A stretch of DNA of 64,000 bases, from contig PFSB01000006.1 of the NCBI GenBank assembly GCA_002788855.1, forward strand, positions 5,467 to 69,466, given 5' to 3'. The position numbers and the translations under genes are program-made. This document shows positions 48,482 through 57,081 of this stretch, piece after piece. Source of the stretch: Candidatus Roizmanbacteria bacterium CG_4_9_14_0_2_um_filter_38_17 (lineage in GTDB: Bacteria; Patescibacteriota; Microgenomatia; GCA-00278855). Under the pieces are notes generated by a model. It made no database searches, had not been told where the DNA came from, and was given only the letters and a program-made list of their open reading frames with translations. How positions within the stretch are numbered: the first letter of the stretch is position 1; each line of letters begins with the position of its first letter.

Positions 48482-50138
48482 AAGAATAGTTATATTGTTG
48501 GTTATTACAATAATCTCGGTATCGTTGCGGTTTTGGCAGCTAGGCCAGGTGCCACCGTCACCAGACTGGGATGAAGCAGCCTTGGGATATAACGCCTATT
48601 CAATATTGGAGACGGGTAGAGATGAGTATGGGACCTTATTGCCTGTGATTTTGCGTTCCTTTGATGATTATAAGCCAGCTTTATATGGGTACTTAGTAGT
48701 ATCATCGGTGGCGCTGTTTGGTCTTAATGTTTGGGCGGTGCGACTACCCTCTGCATTAATAGGATCTTTGACGGTAGTTATGTCGTATTTCTTGGTTATT
48801 GAGCTTTTCAGACTAGGAGGTAGACAGAAGCAGAGGAAGTTAGCTTATTTAACGGCATTTCTGTTGGCGATTAGCCCCTGGCATTTGCAGTTTTCGCGTA
48901 TAGCGTTTGAGTCTAACGTAGGATTAGCTTTTAACATATTTGCACTTTGGTCCTTTTTAGTAGGGTTGCGTAAACAGATGTTTTTATTTGTTTCAGCTAT
49001 ATTTTTTGCCTTAAGCTTGTATGTTTATCAGAGTGAGAAGGTTTTTGTACCGATGCTACTATTAGTTCTTTTAATAGTATTTTTTGAAAAACTATGGAAA
49101 ATAAAAGGGAAAGTGGTACTAGTTATTGGAGCTCTTCTAATATCTTCTGCTCCTTTTATATATGCAACATTTTCTAACCCAGATGCGCTACTTAGAGCAA
49201 AGGGAGTAAGCGTTTTTGCTGATCAAACACCCTTTTTGGAGACCACAGTAGAAAGACTTATCAGAGATAGGGAGTCTGGGGATTATCTAGGTGTGGTGTT
49301 GGATAATCGTCGAGTAAAATACTCGTTCGAGTTTGCTAAGGGATACTTGTCTCATTTTGATCTAAACTGGTTATTTATTGCTGGTGACCAACCACGTCAT
49401 CAGCCATCTGGTTTTGGGCATTTGTATCTTATGGAGCTACCGTTTATGCTGGCTGGTATTTATGGACTTGTATTTGGGAATTTTTCTCGTAGGACAAAAA
49501 AGCTAATATTTGCGTGGTTCCTCATAACTCCCTTACCCGCTGCTTTTACTACCGGAGTTCCACATCCAATCCGTACACTTAACTTCCTTCCCTTATTCCA
49601 GATATTTACTGCACTAGGATTATTAGTTTTTATAAAAACAATTTTCAATTTTCAATTTTCAATTTTCAATTTCAAGGTTAAATATTTAGTGTTCCTATTG
49701 AGTTTTTTATTTATAATATTCAATTTTCTGTACTATTTTAATCAGTATTTTGTTCAACAGAACTATTTCCTTTCCCAGGTTTGGCAGTATGGATATAAAG
49801 AGGTAGTTGTAGCTGTAGAGGAGGTACAGGATAAATATTCAACGATAGTCGTAACAAATAAGCCTCATCTTGATCAGTCATATATATTTTTCTTGTTTTA
49901 TACGAAGTATAATCCTGCTATGTATCAGGCGGGAGGAGGGACTGTTACAGGAGGATTTGCTGAAACACATACTGGTTTTGGTAAATATGATTTTAGACCA
50001 ATTAACTGGAATGAAGAAGTAAAAGACGGCAGTACATTATATATTGGAAGACCAGAAGATTTTCCAGGGGATGTCAAAGTACTAAAAGAGATTAATTTTC
50101 TCGATGGGACACCTGCTATAAAGATTGTGGAGGGTTAA
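48474..50138 (+). CDS. GT-C glycosyltransferase (ArnT/PMT-like, DE..GYNAYS subfamily)
   Basis: WDEAALGYNAYSI..TGRDEYG, SFDDYKP, LAISPWH..FSR..FE, PH..R, WQYGY. Confidence 0.85.
   Translation: MNKRIVILLVITIISVSLRFWQLGQVPPSPDWDEAALGYNAYSILETGRDEYGTLLPVILRSFDDYKPALYGYLVVSSVALFGLNVWAVRLPSALIGSLTVVMSYFLVIELFRLGGRQKQRKLAYLTAFLLAISPWHLQFSRIAFESNVGLAFNIFALWSFLVGLRKQMFLFVSAIFFALSLYVYQSEKVFVPMLLLVLLIVFFEKLWKIKGKVVLVIGALLISSAPFIYATFSNPDALLRAKGVSVFADQTPFLETTVERLIRDRESGDYLGVVLDNRRVKYSFEFAKGYLSHFDLNWLFIAGDQPRHQPSGFGHLYLMELPFMLAGIYGLVFGNFSRRTKKLIFAWFLITPLPAAFTTGVPHPIRTLNFLPLFQIFTALGLLVFIKTIFNFQFSIFNFKVKYLVFLLSFLFIIFNFLYYFNQYFVQQNYFLSQVWQYGYKEVVVAVEEVQDKYSTIVVTNKPHLDQSYIFFLFYTKYNPAMYQAGGGTVTGGFAETHTGFGKYDFRPINWNEEVKDGSTLYIGRPEDFPGDVKVLKEINFLDGTPAIKIVEG
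49639..49675 (+). repeat. In-frame heptamer tandem repeat (CAATTTT) x about 5
   Basis: caatttt x4 plus caattt caa, encoding IFNFQFSIFNFK. Confidence 0.88.
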
Positions 50139-51438
50139 AAGTTTTATAGAAATCTTTTGGGACGTAGCTATTTAATAATATTTCTTCGTACTCGGGTAAA
50201 TCTTTGTATTTATCATAAATTTGATTTGTCCGTTTTTCAGTAACGGCAAATATAGTTCCATAATCACCTTTAATCTCTTGCTTGTTTCTGAGAAGATCGA
50301 AGAATACAAGGTTATACCAGATTGAAATACTGATTAATAAAACTAGGACTACTATGGAAGAGTATTTAATAGCCAAGTGCTTGTTTTTTATTAGCCAAGC
50401 AAATGCAGTTCCCAATAAAAGGGCTAAGAATGGGATGAGAGTTACAAAGTAATGCATGTGGGGAACTACTTTGGAAACGAAATAGATTGCTGGGAGCAAA
50501 ATACAGATCCAGACTAGAATTTTAAGCTTAGGGAACTGCTTTAGAAATAAGAACCCCCCTAGGGGAATTAATAGATATTCAAAATAGAAGATTCGACGGA
50601 GACTAAACAGAAGAGGGTAAGAATTTGCCATAGTTAACACATCCTCGCCTAGAATGAAGCGAAAACCACCTTGACTCATGATTTGTAGAGGTCGGAAAAA
50701 GAGAATAAGGTCATAGTTCTCACTAAATCTTTGACTAGCCGCAGTGTACGATGCACACGCAGGGCAGCTATTTCCTAGTTGGAATATAAGATAGGGTATT
50801 AATGGAAGTAGTCCAAGAACAATTCCTATAGCTGAATATTTAATACTAACTTTTCTCTGTTGCACAATAATAAGTAAGCTTACTATCGCTACAAAGTATA
50901 GACTTGGTTGGTGTAGTTGAATTAGTAGTAGAGAGATAAAAGCATAAAGAATCCAGTATCGTGGTTTTTTCTCTTTTACTATTTTGTGAACACTTAATAT
51001 TAATGGAACCATCAAAGGCAAAATGAAGTCCTGTGCCCAAACCTTACGAGAGTAAATAATTGCCCAGGGTGAGAGTGCAATGAATATGCAAGAAATTAAA
51101 GCAGATTTAAACCCATAATAGTGTCTATATACCAAGTATAATAAGCCAATGGTAACTGAATTTAATAGCCCAATCAGCAGTGAAACTATTTTGGGGTTTG
51201 TGCTAATTAAAGCGAACGGGAATAGGATATAATTTAGAAGTGGAGGGTTAACGATTCCAATGCTGGATATTGTTCCTCCAGGAGGCAATGAGTGGCCAAA
51301 TACGGGGCGAGCAGCAAGATAGAGGTTGATTGCTTCATCGCCTTTAAACTCTATTAAATCGAGATTAGTAATACGAAATATAGCAGCTACGAGAGATACA
51401 AAGAGAAAGCTGAGTAATATTTTGTATTTTTGCATCAT
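50116..51438 (-). CDS. GT-C membrane glycosyltransferase (ArnT/PMT_2-like)
   Basis: FR...EFKGDEA, G..SS.G..NPP, SPWAI.YSRK.W, HYF; polytopic. Confidence 0.8.
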   Translation of the reverse strand: MMQKYKILLSFLFVSLVAAIFRITNLDLIEFKGDEAINLYLAARPVFGHSLPPGGTISSIGIVNPPLLNYILFPFALISTNPKIVSLLIGLLNSVTIGLLYLVYRHYYGFKSALISCIFIALSPWAIIYSRKVWAQDFILPLMVPLILSVHKIVKEKKPRYWILYAFISLLLIQLHQPSLYFVAIVSLLIIVQQRKVSIKYSAIGIVLGLLPLIPYLIFQLGNSCPACASYTAASQRFSENYDLILFFRPLQIMSQGGFRFILGEDVLTMANSYPLLFSLRRIFYFEYLLIPLGGFLFLKQFPKLKILVWICILLPAIYFVSKVVPHMHYFVTLIPFLALLLGTAFAWLIKNKHLAIKYSSIVVLVLLISISIWYNLVFFDLLRNKQEIKGDYGTIFAVTEKRTNQIYDKYKDLPEYEEILLNSYVPKDFYKTFNPPQSL

Positions 51439-51442
51439 TAAA

Positions 51443-51452
51443 ATGATAACAT
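51443..51452. promoter_or_regulatory. Overlapping bidirectional extended -10 element (ATGATAACAT)
   Basis: Plus strand TGA-TAACAT is 7 nt before ATG 51460; minus strand TGT-TATCAT is 4 or 7 nt before ATG 51438 or 51435. Confidence 0.55.
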
Positions 51453-51459
51453 AGGCTAA

Positions 51460-53148
51460 ATGAAGAAAAATAGATCTATAATCTTACTACTAATATTTGC
51501 AATCCTTCCTCTGTTTAGCTTATTTCATTCTGGAATGTTTGTCGGACACGATACTCAACTACATGTTGCTAGAATTGCACACTTTTATAAAAGCCTAAAT
51601 GAAGGAATATTAATTCCTCGCTGGGGAGGGGATCTGAACTTAGGTTATGGACACCCAGCTTTTATATTTTATTATTCTCTGACATCCTATGTTGCTTCGG
51701 CGTTTCACTTTTTGGGCTTTTCACTCGTGTTTTCAACTAAGCTTGTGTACGGCCTAGGATTTATGGGTAGTGGCTTGGCAATGTATCTATGGGTGAGACA
51801 GTTATTTAGAGGTAAGGAGGGCCTGCCCGCCGATGAGGCGGGTTTGATTAGTGGGCTATTGTATATGTATGCACCGTATAGATTTGTTGATCTTTATATA
51901 AGAGGGGCAATTGGGGAAAACTTCTTTTTTATCTGGCCTCCTCTTGTACTATACTTTTTAACAAAACTACAAAGAGGTTATAAATTTAAGCATGTACTGG
52001 GAGCTTCTCTTTCACTCACTGCCTTGATTCTATCTCACAACGCCTCCAGTCTTATGTTTTTACCCTTTATTGGCCTATATGGACTGCTACTGGTTCAGAA
52101 AGCTAAGAATAAGATAATGTTTATCGCACACCAGCTATTAGTAGCTGGATTAGGTTTTGGAGTAAGTGCTTTCTTCTGGATACCTGCTTTGTTTGAGAGC
52201 AAGTACACACTGCAGAACGTTATTATGGGAGATGGGATATTTAAGCATTTTGAGCCTTTTTCAAGACTTCTTTATTCTCCTTGGAATCTAGGAGGGACTG
52301 GACAGTTTAGTATCCAGGTCGGAATTATCCAGTGGCTGGTTATGTTGTTAGTAACGTTTATGCTGTTAAAAAGATTCCGTGGTCTATCTTCTACCAAAGG
52401 TCCGGTAAATGATAAATTACTAGTTATTCTTTCATATATAACTTTCTGGGTTGCAATATTAATGATATTGCCTGCATCTAAGCCGGTCTATGAAATAATA
52501 ACCATCTTTAAGAAATTTCAGTTTCCTTGGAGATGGCTATCTTTAGCTATTTTTCCAGCAGCACTACTCTCTGGATATCTCGTACGTATTTTACCCAAAA
52601 AATACTCTTTATTTATTATCTATTGTTTATTGTTTACTGTTCCACTACTGACTGTTAATATGTGGAAGGTGCGTGACTATGACTATAGCCCAGATAGCTT
52701 CTATCTAGATGAGTATAAGGGAACCACTGATTCATCGGGAGAGAATTCACCAGTGTGGTCCATTAGATTTATGGAGCAAACGCCAAAAGCTAACATAGAG
52801 GTTGTTGAGGGTGAAGGTGAAGTACAGGATAAGAAACATAGCTCAATACTGCATGAGTATGAAGTAACGGCTGTAGACGACAAAGTTAGGGTACTTGATA
52901 ACACGCTGTATTTTCCAGGTTGGAGTGTGTATGTGGATGGGAGTAAGCTATTTCTGCATGATGTGTGGTGGCAGGATCCAAATTACAGAGGGCTTATTAC
53001 ATTTTTTGTTCAGAAGGGTCAGCATGAGATAATTGTTAAGTTTGAAAGAACAAAAATACGCTTATTAGCAGAGATTATTTCGCTGGTTAGTATCGGTCTG
53101 TTAGTTAGCTTACCAATGTTTTATAAAGTTCTATGGTCAAAAAAGTAA
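51460..53148 (+). CDS. GT-C-like membrane protein (PTPS-related/YfhO-like subfamily)
   Basis: GHD..LH.AR, PRW..DLN.GYG.P.F.FY, RGAIGE, SHN, QFPWR, YFPGW.V.VDG. Confidence 0.8.
   Translation: MKKNRSIILLLIFAILPLFSLFHSGMFVGHDTQLHVARIAHFYKSLNEGILIPRWGGDLNLGYGHPAFIFYYSLTSYVASAFHFLGFSLVFSTKLVYGLGFMGSGLAMYLWVRQLFRGKEGLPADEAGLISGLLYMYAPYRFVDLYIRGAIGENFFFIWPPLVLYFLTKLQRGYKFKHVLGASLSLTALILSHNASSLMFLPFIGLYGLLLVQKAKNKIMFIAHQLLVAGLGFGVSAFFWIPALFESKYTLQNVIMGDGIFKHFEPFSRLLYSPWNLGGTGQFSIQVGIIQWLVMLLVTFMLLKRFRGLSSTKGPVNDKLLVILSYITFWVAILMILPASKPVYEIITIFKKFQFPWRWLSLAIFPAALLSGYLVRILPKKYSLFIIYCLLFTVPLLTVNMWKVRDYDYSPDSFYLDEYKGTTDSSGENSPVWSIRFMEQTPKANIEVVEGEGEVQDKKHSSILHEYEVTAVDDKVRVLDNTLYFPGWSVYVDGSKLFLHDVWWQDPNYRGLITFFVQKGQHEIIVKFERTKIRLLAEIISLVSIGLLVSLPMFYKVLWSKK
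51822..51842 (+). repeat. 21-bp GC-rich REP-like hairpin inserted in-frame
   Basis: cctg-cccgcc-gatga-ggcggg; removing it restores the spacing seen in paralogs. Confidence 0.75.
52610..52640 (+). repeat. Degenerate heptamer array (TGTTTAY-like), same family as 25903
   Basis: tatttat tatctat tgtttat tgtttac tgt, encoding LFIIYCLLFTV. Confidence 0.6.
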
Positions 53149-53894
53149 CTATATCTGTTGCAATTGCAGTCTATAATGAGGAGAGCAATCTAGCTAGGTG
53201 CTTGAAGTCTGTCAAAGACTGGGTGGATGAAATTGTGGTGGTTGATGGGGGGTCTAGTGATAAAACAGTAGAGATTGCTGAGTCATTTAATGCAATAGTT
53301 ATACATACAGATAATCCCCAGATATTTCATGTTAATAAGCAAAAAGCGATTGATGCGTGTAAGGGGATCTGGATATTGCAGCTAGACGCTGATGAGGTTG
53401 TCACAGCTGAACTTAAATCAGAAATATTAGAAAAAGTAGAAACAGGAGTAGATGGATACTGGATCCCGCGTAAAAATTATTTTTTAGGTCACTGGCTAAA
53501 AAAAGGAGGGGTATATCCTGAATATACGCTTCGATTATATCGAAATGGTAAAGGAAGATTGCCATGTAAAACAGTGCACGAACAGGCGCAAGTCGATGGG
53601 GAGGTGGGATATCTTAAAAGCGACCTGTTACACTACCCATACGCAAATTTTGCGGGGTATCTGGCAAAAGCAGAAGCATACACAAGTCTAACAGCCAGGC
53701 TATGGAAAGATCAGAGTATAAAGATAAATCCCATTACTACCATAAAGTATATGATTGCTATGCCTATCTATACTTTTTTTAACATCTATATTCGTCATTT
53801 GGGAGTGTTGGATTTATTTCCAGGTTTTGTCTGGGCGCTATACTCTGCGTTACATTTTCCCCAAGCATATATTAAACTCTGGAGAAATAAATGA
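53133..53894 (+). CDS. GT2 glycosyltransferase (KdtX/WaaE-like)
   Basis: NEE..L.RCL.SV, VVDGGS.D.T, WILQLDADE, PRKN, YP....RL, VHE. Confidence 0.88.
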   Translation: MVKKVTISVAIAVYNEESNLARCLKSVKDWVDEIVVVDGGSSDKTVEIAESFNAIVIHTDNPQIFHVNKQKAIDACKGIWILQLDADEVVTAELKSEILEKVETGVDGYWIPRKNYFLGHWLKKGGVYPEYTLRLYRNGKGRLPCKTVHEQAQVDGEVGYLKSDLLHYPYANFAGYLAKAEAYTSLTARLWKDQSIKINPITTIKYMIAMPIYTFFNIYIRHLGVLDLFPGFVWALYSALHFPQAYIKLWRNK

Positions 53895-54382
53895 AATATT
53901 TAGTCATTATACTCATCACGATATGCGCGATTATGCATAGCCCTGTTGCGTATGCCGCTGATTATATTCTTCCTTACCCTTCTTATATGCCTGGTCATAA
54001 GTTATATAAACTGGAGCAAATCTGGGACAGTGCTCAAAAATATTGGCATTTTGGAGATATTGTTAAATTCAAGTATTACCAGGGCTTAGCAGATAAGAAA
54101 TTGGTAGAGGCAAAGGTCTTATTTGAGCACGAGCAGTATCTGCTGGCAGTTGATGCAATTTGGATATCTAATGATAGCTTGGTTAAAGCAGGGGAACATC
54201 TTGGGATTGCAATTAAATCTGGTAAGCAACTAAGTAATAAAGCGGAAATTTATAAGCAAGCTTTAGATAAGCACAAAGAAGAAAGAATAAAACTGAGAGA
54301 GGAGTTGCCGGAAGTCATTATCTGGGAAGATGAAAATAATCCGCCGGTTATGCTAAATATATATGAAGAATTACGTATATAA
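53891..54382 (+). CDS. Exported helical protein, DUF5667-like
   Basis: Signal peptide ending in AYA; Y.LPYP...PG..LY.L...W and L..K...EA..L pattern. Confidence 0.6.
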   Translation: MKYLVIILITICAIMHSPVAYAADYILPYPSYMPGHKLYKLEQIWDSAQKYWHFGDIVKFKYYQGLADKKLVEAKVLFEHEQYLLAVDAIWISNDSLVKAGEHLGIAIKSGKQLSNKAEIYKQALDKHKEERIKLREELPEVIIWEDENNPPVMLNIYEELRI

Positions 54383-55487
54383 AATATACTTTCTCGTATT
54401 GATAGCTGTAGTTGTATTTAGCTACGGGTTTGTTGATATTAATTTTCCATACCAGAGCTTGGATTTTTTGCATTCTCTAGTCTACGAACAGCGAGTTCTT
54501 TCAACCACAATATATGTAGGTATTATTATGTCTATGTTTGTTATTTATGCTTTGTTGCTAAGTAAAGCAAAAAAGATAAATAGTAGTACTGTTTGGAAAC
54601 TAGTATGGCTCTCTGCGGGAATATTACTGCTTGCTTATCCTGCATTTTCAAATGATATTTTTAACTATATTGCTACAGCTAAGGTCACTTATTTGTATGG
54701 AGAAAATCCCTATTTGGTGATGCCGATAGAGATAGAGAACGAGCCGATGCTTATGTTTATGCATGCAGCAAATAAGTTTGCCTTGTATGGACTAAGCTGG
54801 ATTACATTATCTGCAATACCACATTTTCTTGGATTAAATAATTTACTTCTGACGATGCTCACATTTAAGCTGTTTATTGCTGCTTTTTATATCGGACTCT
54901 GTCTAGTGATCTGGAGATTATCTAGTAAAAATAAGTATTCGCTAATCTTTTTTGCATTAAATCCATTGGTTTTGTTAGAAACGTTTGTTGGGGTTCATAA
55001 CGATGTAGTTGCGATGTTTTTCGCTCTACTTTCGTACTATCTTTTACAAAAGAAGCGTTTGTTCCTCTCGCTCTTAATACTAGTAATATCTATATTTATT
55101 AAATACGCTACTATGTTTCTGCTACCTGTGTATATCTTTGCTTTTGTATTAACCTTAAAAAAGGAAAGCATAAACTGGGATAGGATCTGGAGTTGGTCGG
55201 CAATATCTATGTTTGCTATATTTATGCTTTCGCCACTTCGAGAAGAGATGTATTCGTGGTACTTTATCTGGCCAATTAGCTTTATTGCACTACTAAATTT
55301 CAAAAAAAGGTCTATTGGGCTAGTTACTACTGTATTTTCTTTTGGCTTGTTACTCAGATTCGTGCCATTTATTTATACTAGAGAGTGGGGAGGTATTACT
55401 CCACTGGTGAAAACGCTAGTAACGCTTGTTCCCCCTATTATTGCGCTTATTTATACATACTTGAGAAATGCAGTTAAAAAAACATAG
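54363..55487 (+). CDS. GT-C glycosyltransferase, MptA/MptB/GT87-like
   Basis: S.DIFNY, NPY...P, YG..W, FALNPL...E.....HND, IK, WY..W; paralog of 8707. Confidence 0.75.
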   Translation: MKNYVYKIYFLVLIAVVVFSYGFVDINFPYQSLDFLHSLVYEQRVLSTTIYVGIIMSMFVIYALLLSKAKKINSSTVWKLVWLSAGILLLAYPAFSNDIFNYIATAKVTYLYGENPYLVMPIEIENEPMLMFMHAANKFALYGLSWITLSAIPHFLGLNNLLLTMLTFKLFIAAFYIGLCLVIWRLSSKNKYSLIFFALNPLVLLETFVGVHNDVVAMFFALLSYYLLQKKRLFLSLLILVISIFIKYATMFLLPVYIFAFVLTLKKESINWDRIWSWSAISMFAIFMLSPLREEMYSWYFIWPISFIALLNFKKRSIGLVTTVFSFGLLLRFVPFIYTREWGGITPLVKTLVTLVPPIIALIYTYLRNAVKKT

Positions 55488-57081
55488 GTTTGATCTGTTT
55501 TTACTACTTATGTTCGGATTATTTTCGTGGTGGCTGTTTGATAAATCATTTGGTTACGACGGGATTTCGAGTACATTTAGAATAGCACGTCATCAAGTTG
55601 GCGACTTTGCCCTTCATTTGTCTCTTATTCGTTCTTTTTCATGGGGGAACAATTTTCCACCGGAGCTTCCCTTTTTTGCCAGTAAGCCCTTACCATATCA
55701 CTATTTATTTGATTTATCAGTTGGGTTGCTTGAAAGAGCTGGAGTTAGAATAGATATGGCTTTTAACGGACTAAGTATTTTATTTTTTTCTGGTCTTTTA
55801 TTTCTCATATATAAACTACCTCAGGTAATTTTTACTAAAAGTAAATTGTTGGGTTTACTATCTTTAGCTCTATTTTTAGGTAATAGTAGTTTAACTTTTA
55901 TTACATATATTGTTCAGAACGGATTGTCTTTAGGTAAATTATGGTTACAGCCCGATTATTTACATATGGGCCCACTTGATGGATCTTTGATATCAACTTT
56001 TTTTACATTAAATGTGTATCTAAATCAGCGCCACCTTGTTGCTGGACTTTTCATGGTTCTATTTGTGATTTATTTATTATTGGTATCACACTCCAGGAAT
56101 GTCAACCTTGCACATTCCTGGAATGGGTTTAGGTTTATGCTTCTTTTAGGTGTGTTATTGGGAGTTTCGTCTTTAATTCATACACTGGTGATGGTTTCTG
56201 CGTCAATTTTTATTTTCGGATTTTTGGTGTTGGAGAAAAGGTTTCGTGAAATGCTAATTCTTCTTACGCCAGTGGTATTGATTCTGGGAATAAGAATTAT
56301 TCCGGTATTGGGTCAGAATCTAGGTCATGCTTGGATTAATCCTGGTTTTCATGCCGAAAAACCATTAACTTTATTTAATTTTGCTAAATATTGGTTTGTT
56401 AACTTGGGTGTCGGGACTTTAACAATACCTCTAGGATTTTATTTAGCAAACAGAAAGCAAAAAATACTGTTTATGGGCATAGGATTACTGTTTATTATTG
56501 GAAACATATTTCAGCTGGGATTTCGTATTGACCATAATCACAGCATATTTAATTTCGTATTTATATTTACTAATATGCTTAGTGCTTACTTCGTGTATAA
56601 AGTATGGCAAGGTGGAATTTTAAGAAAATTTGTTTCAATTGTTATTGTATTTTTGTTAACTATATCTGGATTGATTAACTTAATGGCTGTTAAAAATGAC
56701 TTTCATTTAGAAATTGCTGATGCACCAAAAGATATGCTTATAGCTTGGGTAAGAGACAATACTGCTCCTGATTCTGTGTTTTTGGCGCCAAGTGAACAAT
56801 TTGATCCAGTGACGCTAGCTGGACGTAAGAATTATTTAGGTAACAGCTATTATTTAGAAGTTATGGGTTATGATTATAGGGATCGAAAGAAAACTGTGCA
56901 AGATTATTTTGAAGCAGATAATATCACCATATTGGAACAGATAAAACAAAGCGGCATAGACTATGTATTGGTTCCAGTAGTACCTCTAGTTGATTTCAAA
57001 TATGAAGTATCGCCCCTGTTTTGGGAGGAAAATGTGAAACTTGTATATGAGGATAATAAACAGAGGCTGTATAAGCTATGA
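55468..57081 (+). CDS. Probable GT-C membrane protein with a STT3/Aft-like C-terminal domain
   Basis: GD..LH.SLI.SF..G.NFPPE.P.FA...L.YH, polytopic, W.R.NT..DSVFL...LAGR. Confidence 0.68.
   Translation: MQLKKHRFDLFLLLMFGLFSWWLFDKSFGYDGISSTFRIARHQVGDFALHLSLIRSFSWGNNFPPELPFFASKPLPYHYLFDLSVGLLERAGVRIDMAFNGLSILFFSGLLFLIYKLPQVIFTKSKLLGLLSLALFLGNSSLTFITYIVQNGLSLGKLWLQPDYLHMGPLDGSLISTFFTLNVYLNQRHLVAGLFMVLFVIYLLLVSHSRNVNLAHSWNGFRFMLLLGVLLGVSSLIHTLVMVSASIFIFGFLVLEKRFREMLILLTPVVLILGIRIIPVLGQNLGHAWINPGFHAEKPLTLFNFAKYWFVNLGVGTLTIPLGFYLANRKQKILFMGIGLLFIIGNIFQLGFRIDHNHSIFNFVFIFTNMLSAYFVYKVWQGGILRKFVSIVIVFLLTISGLINLMAVKNDFHLEIADAPKDMLIAWVRDNTAPDSVFLAPSEQFDPVTLAGRKNYLGNSYYLEVMGYDYRDRKKTVQDYFEADNITILEQIKQSGIDYVLVPVVPLVDFKYEVSPLFWEENVKLVYEDNKQRLYKL
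56087..56125. repeat. Inverted doublet of the CACATTCCWGGAATGTG palindrome family, in-frame
   Basis: cacactccaggaatgt..cacattcctggaatg; 11-bp stem 56092-56102/56112-56122; encodes SHSRNVNLAHSWNG. Confidence 0.8.
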
